DNA from: Schmidtea polychroa
Taxonomy: Eukaryota
Direction: 5' to 3'
DNA: 64,000 bases
NCBI GenBank assembly: GCA_044892525.1
Contig: CM097885.1
Location: 248,682,001 to 248,746,000, forward strand
In this document: piece after piece, positions 59,301-64,000 of the stretch
How the letters are laid out: every line of letters begins with the position of its first letter
Numbering within the stretch: position 1 is the stretch's first letter
Program-made: the position numbers and the translations under genes
Notes under the pieces: generated by a model
Database searches by the model: none
Seen by the model: the letters and a program-made list of their open reading frames with translations, nothing else
What the model was told of the DNA's origin: nothing

Positions 59301-61952
59301 GCAGAATATTTTGAAGAGTATTATAACAATGAATATTAAGGAAGACACCATTAAGTCTTTATGTTCCATGCAATAAGTATGAGTCTCCTGAATGTGGTAA
59401 ACCAACAAAAGATTGCTTTGTTCACGGGCATCTCACAGAAAATGCTTTATATTCAATGTTTTGGGACGCAAAACGTGTGAACAAGACTGACTTTATTCCG
59501 GGAATCATCGACTCTGAGAAAGTTCTGACGGGAACGCAGGATTCAGGAATCAAGATCTCTATCTCTTGCATAACGACACACAAGTTTACACAGTTCACCG
59601 AATTGTAGACGCAACCGCCAAAAAGTGATTCGTACTAGTTTCCCACCCGTCATATGATATGAAGTGATTTTTTCTTGTTTAATCTCTTAAAGAAACATTT
59701 GCAAAGGTATAGAGTTGAGTCAAAAGAGTTTCAGTGAAACTAGTACAAGATTTTGCCATTGAAAAGGATGCCAATTTCTTCGAAAATGGTTTCTTTTCAC
59801 TGGTAAATCACTGGGCAATGTGTCTGAAAACTGAAGCTGGTTTACACAGAAAAATTAATCTATCCATTTACAATATATAATTCACTTGTTGTAAATACAA
59901 AGTTTCATTGCAGTAGCATTTATATATTTATGTAGGATTCTAATAACTTTTATTCACACCACATATGTCAATATTCTGTAACTATTATTAAAGGTAACTC
60001 GGCATTATTTTTTGAGTAATTCACAATTCATATACTTAGGTGCCCTGGCTTCAATATCATATTTTTATACAAGCATATTAATAAATACTGATCAATTTTC
60101 TAGAAATTTAATTGATTATACACCAACAAATGCAATCGATTGTAAACTAGTGAAAATGAATGTCTTGGGCAATCTTTCATGGAAACCTTTCAAGAAACAT
60201 TCGAAATTTAGTTATTTCATAATTATAAATTAAAACTACACATAAAAAATTTATAGCTTAATAATACTCAAAATATCGATTGTGCTATTTGTAGAAAGCT
60301 AGCTTAATTATATATGTTTATATAGCTAACAAGTTGTATTTTTTGTCTACAAAATCAATCTGGCGAAGCATTTTACACGCTACATTCGTATTGTTGCATT
60401 TGTTTCCCAGCTGATATTCGATTAATATAACATAAAATGATTAATGGAATAATTTAATGATTTTCATTAATTGATTAATTAAATTGATTAAATGTATTAA
60501 TTGAAATAATTAAATTGATTAATTCAATTAATTAAAATAATCAATTGAATTAATAAAAATGATTAATTAAATAAGTTAGTGATTTTAATTAATTGATTAA
60601 TTAAAGTTATTTATTGAAATAATTTTAGTTAATTATTTTTAATTATTTTTAATTTAATTATTTTCATTAATCAATTTAATTATTTTAATTAATAAATTTA
60701 ATCAATTAATTAAAATCACTAACTTATTTAATTAATCAATTTAATTATTTTAAAGTGATTAATTTAGTTAATTAAATGTATTAATGAAAACAATTAAATT
60801 TATTAAATGAATTAATTGAAATTATTAAAATGATTAATTGGGTTAATTAAATTAATTAGGTGAAATAAATAAGATGATTAATTGAATTAATTAAAACGAT
60901 TAATTTACAGTGATTTTAATCAATTGAATTAACTGCAGTAATTAAATGAATTAATTAAAATAATTTATTGACAAATCAAAATAATTAAAAAATTAATTGA
61001 AATAATTAAAACGATTAATTTAGTTGATCAAAATAATTAAAGTGATTAAATGTATTAATTAAAATAATAAAAGTGAATAATTCGATTAATTAATTGAATT
61101 AATAAAAATGATTAAATGAATTAATTGAAATAATTAAAGTAATTAATTGAAGTAATTTAAGTTAATTAAAATTATTAATGGAATAATTTAAAGTAATTAA
61201 TTTAATTAATTAAAATGTTGGTAACTGATTCTTTTAATTGAATTACTACATTAAAAAAATTTTCTCGTGTAGATTTCTTCAGATAATATTATTGATGAAA
61301 TAAAATTTTCAATATTTAATGATGGATGTCATTAATTCCAAAAGCAGTTAGAAGTTATATATATATATATATATGGAGAATAGAATTATTATATTGATGA
61401 ATTTCTACTTACTAATCATGTGAATGGAATATGGCATTTTTCTATTATCATGAAACATGGCAAGAATTTGATGATAAATAGGATTCTCAATGTTACGATA
61501 CCAACGCCATTCTGATATGAATTGATAAATAATTATCTATGTATAATTCGCAATAAATACGTCGTCCAAGATGTATCATTATTAGAGCTTGGGCTAACAT
61601 CATCTGACCACAACGATGCATACAACCCCAACCGGCATCTGATGCAAACCCGGACGATCCACCAATTGGTTGAAATCCTCTCCGATAAGTGAACCATAAT
61701 TTTGATATAATATCATCTCTAATTTCATCTCTATCTATCATAATTCACAATATTATGTAAAAAATAATATTAACTTAAATACCATAAAGAGCACTATAAA
61801 TTTGACCTAAAATAGTGATTGGTAAATTTGTTTTTGGTATTGCATCTTCATCATTCATATCGAAACTATATGGTTGAGCTATACTCAATTATAATAGAAT
61901 AAAAGTAAATTATTTTTAGAAAATTTATATTACCTTCCCAGTAAGAATCCAT
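38373..61952 (-). CDS. ATG4B: Cysteine protease ATG4 (ATG4B-like), complete multi-exon gene
   Basis: Exons on the - strand: 61952-61934, 61878-61783, 61734-61561, 61511-61413, 54167-54095, 54044-53965, a probable phase-compatible 45314-45254, 45138-44949, 44903-44522 and 38410-38373 (TAA). Catalytic [32 protein letters not shown], and C-terminal EEFELI. Confidence 0.93.
39400..40330 (-). repeat. Dispersed repeat family copy A (LINE-like remnant)
   Basis: Shares CCCAACGTATAT and the triple CTCGGGTT...CCATTAGC block with 41850-42420 and 48530-49400. Broken K/E/R-rich coding potential on the - strand. The class is not certain. Confidence 0.55.
40721..40846 (+). pseudogene. HSP90: HSP90 N-terminal ATPase-domain fragment
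   Basis: Translates to [42 protein letters not shown], versus canonical [42 protein letters not shown]. Conserved Gly residues are mutated and the flanks are missing. Confidence 0.85.
41850..42420 (-). repeat. Dispersed repeat family copy B (LINE-like remnant)
   Basis: Collinear with 39400-40020, e.g. CGGCTGTCACCCATAATGGTCCAACGAA occurs in both. Confidence 0.6.
42694..44227 (+). mobile_element. DD39D-type mariner element, internally deleted and mutated
   Basis: TA-flanked TIRs CTACCTCCTTTCCACAATAGTTGTCA / TGACAACTATTGTGGAACGGAGGTAG. ORFs 43059-43568 and 43568-43780. QQDNAKPH is followed after 39 residues by Y at the third catalytic position ([10 protein letters not shown]). Confidence 0.85.
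46154..47050 (-). mobile_element. Decayed hAT (SPIN-like) remnant
   Basis: TIR-like CAGGCCTGAGCAAACC at 46154. The - strand near 46600-46690 reads ...[15 protein letters not shown], like the hAT DITxHLNxLNxxLQGK motif. Boundaries are approximate. Confidence 0.5.
48530..49400 (-). repeat. Dispersed repeat family copy C (LINE-like remnant)
   Basis: More diverged copy carrying the CTCGGGTT triplet and CCATTAGCCAATTAATTAATT block also seen in copy A. Confidence 0.55.
49976..50767 (-). mobile_element. Internally deleted Tc1/IS630-like (DDE) element
   Basis: TIRs CAGCGTTTCTCA / TGAGAAACGCTG followed by TA. ORF 50224-50490 joins the HTH directly to IVMDNVAFH...[12 protein letters not shown]. Confidence 0.85.
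53030..53520 (+). mobile_element. Chapaev3-like (CMC) transposase remnant
   Basis: Frameshifted peptides [17 protein letters not shown]...[18 protein letters not shown] and [19 protein letters not shown]; the central part is deleted. Family assignment is from recalled motifs. Confidence 0.6.
55180..55420. repeat. 81-bp tandem repeat x3 in the hAT 5' region
   Basis: TTA(A/G)GTAGGC starts at 55181, 55262 and 55343; a diverged copy lies near 55062. Confidence 0.9.
56264..57379 (+). pseudogene. C-terminal half of a hAT transposase (371 aa)
   Basis: [14 protein letters not shown] and dimerisation motif [37 protein letters not shown]. The N-terminal and central catalytic regions are lost. Confidence 0.85.
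58255..58590 (-). pseudogene. Relic C-terminus of a second, unrelated Polinton-type pPolB
   Basis: One frame reads [19 protein letters not shown]...KTKGV...[12 protein letters not shown]...YGHY, matching GKFK...KxYS, KAKGV, DDKR and terminal YGHY motifs of Polinton polymerases. Confidence 0.65.
58700..59040 (+). mobile_element. hAT (GTF2IRD2-like) transposase remnant
   Basis: [10 protein letters not shown] ... [10 protein letters not shown] motifs with stops. Confidence 0.65.
59080..59922 (+). mobile_element. Decayed mariner element
   Basis: [36 protein letters not shown] and LLHND fragments. TIR-like GTTTCATTGCAGTAGC near 59902-59917. Confidence 0.75.
60440..61230. repeat. AT-rich low-complexity (AATT/TTAA) tract
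   Basis: Degenerate AATTAATT reiterations in an ATG4 intron. Confidence 0.8.
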
Positions 61953-63379
61953 TTTTAAATAATTTATAATATAGAAATTACAGGTGTGAAGACTATATTG
62001 AAGAGAAAGATAATCGTTATATATACAATAATGAATAAATAAAGTTCAAAAGATTTTTATTTTATAAAATCCATCGAAACGGTTTAAACAAATGAATATT
62101 AAAGTTATATAAGTATAATTTCACTAAATTTATTTTAAGAATATATAAAATTATAAATATTTAATAAAATTGATATTCTTATGAAATTCAGGTACCGAAA
62201 AAAAGATTTTCAAATTATAAATGATTGTCCTATTTAAATTAAAAATATATTTTACTTCATTCAACATTTTCTATTTTAAATAATAGTTAGGCAAAAATTA
62301 AGTCTTAAACTTTGTTTTCGTATTTAGTTTGTTCGTATCGATAACAAAAGAATATTAAGAGTTGTTGGCGCTTAAGGCGTGTGTTATATTATCTAGGGTT
62401 GATGTTAGATTTAACGCCTTCATGACTATTACTTTTTCAATCTGTGTACTTATGGCAGCGACCATGTGAGCTCCACTGCTAGAAATACTCGTCCTTTCAC
62501 TTTCATTTTCGGGTTCTTAACTGCCGATAGAAGGTTGTACGTTGCTTTATCATTACTCATTCATTTTATGTGTTATAATCTATGTTCAACTCAATAATTT
62601 TTTTGTTCTCAATGCTAATTTTCGTTGGATGTAAGAGTAATTAGAGTCGTATAAATTTTTCTGTGCCTCTGATCAGTCCTACGTTCAACCATATTCTAAA
62701 AAATCTCAACTACAGCAAACCTGCAAGCACACATTATCGTTATTATACTTCTTTTTGTTCGGTCATCGGAGGTCGCACCCATCCGTTTGACTCTATCTAT
62801 TTATTATAGGTCGACAGTAGAATGTCGACTCCACACAACATTAAGGCTTGTCGTAGCGGTCATGGTGAGGCCGTGTAAGCAAGCACTCTTCCCGACTTCT
62901 AACGCATAACACAGTTAAAATCAACACTAAAGTCTCTACAATAGCTCACACTAGGACTATAATCGAGTAGAACTCCGGCTTAAATTACCCACAATACTAC
63001 AATTCACAGTTAATGTAGACGGTTAAATTTCATAGAAATAAATCTACCTATACGGTTGTCGAAGCTAGATTTGTAAATGAACGTACTAATAATAAAGTAA
63101 ACGAAAAAAAATCTTTTTTGACTAACTTAAGAGTGATAAAATGATTCAACATACGTATCGATAGAATTCGTCTATAAATTGGGAAGATCTCTAAATTAAT
63201 CATATGAAACTCTAAATTAGAAATTTCTCAAGAATATAAATTACAATCTTATAATAACTAAAAAGGTATAACGGATAAATTTAAATTACTTGAAAAAAAA
63301 TTATGTTATGATCTTGATTTCGTAAAAATGTAAAGTATAACTAGCCATAAAAGCATCAGGTAAAAGTAATCAACTTCAT

Positions 63380-64000
63380 TTCTTAAATTATAAATTATAA
63401 GTTATAAGCTCGACTTTGTACAATTAAAGATGTAACATCGAAATTATAAATTCCATTTCTAAAAAATATAAAAAATGAAGTATAAGCTCGACCTCATAAA
63501 AGTACGAATTACAATTAATTATAAAAGTGTAAAGTAAAAGTTGTGGATTTCATTTCGTGAAGAGAAAAATTTTAAATTATAAATTATAAATTATAAAAAT
63601 ATAAAGTATAAGTAAAAATTATAAATTTAATTCCATAAAATATAAACTATTAAGTGTATATTATACCCAAAAATATAATTTATATATTCCTATTATTCTT
63701 AAATTATAAAGTATAAATTTATATTATACCCAGAACCATAAATTATATATTCATACTATTCTTAGATTATAAAATATAAATGTACATTATACCAAAATAT
63801 AACTTATAAATATATGACCCCTCAATTATAAAGTACAAATTTACATTATAAAATATAATGTATGAGTTCATAGTATTCCAAAATTATAAAGTATCAATCT
63901 ATGTCATATCAAGAATATAACTTACAAAGTCATATTATTCCTAAATTATAAAGCATAAATTTATATTATAATGAAAGATCTAACTCAGGAATCTATATTA
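63380..64000. repeat. Degenerate AT-rich tandem repeats
   Basis: Recurrent AAATTATAAAGTATAA / TTATATTATACC units. Confidence 0.6.

Overview
AT-rich eukaryotic (invertebrate) genomic DNA with many 44-55 bp introns; this is consistent with a planarian-type genome, which is inference and not verified. Two host genes are present: the 3' part of a BIG1/BIG2-type Sec7 ARF-GEF (+ strand, ends at 10502) and a complete ATG4 cysteine protease gene (- strand, 61952 to 38373). Their introns and the intergenic DNA are filled with hAT, Tc1/mariner, Chapaev-like and LINE-like debris and MITEs. Between the genes lies an apparently intact ~15 kb Polinton/Maverick (polintovirus) at 15080-30066, with 333-bp terminal inverted repeats (TIRs), inserted in a hAT MITE. 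It encodes major and minor capsid proteins, a zinc-finger/PLA2/integrase fusion, packaging ATPase, adenain-like protease, an adenovirus pX-like core protein, a fibre-like protein, a membrane protein and protein-primed PolB. Three features stand out. (1) Its left non-coding region holds an array of three clear and one probable tRNA-like RNA polymerase III units (A box, B box, oligo-T), each different in sequence, on one strand and spaced about 240 bp apart. The last unit runs into a hairpin-rich GC-rich segment, so the array is a candidate VA-RNA/TMER-like small-RNA cassette. (2) A free-standing, diverged but intact paralogue of the PolB C-terminal (thumb plus extension) region follows PolB. 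(3) Each TIR begins with a 246-bp unit bounded by its own AGTAGT...ACTACT inverted repeats. All calls are from reading the sequence by eye; no database searches were run.
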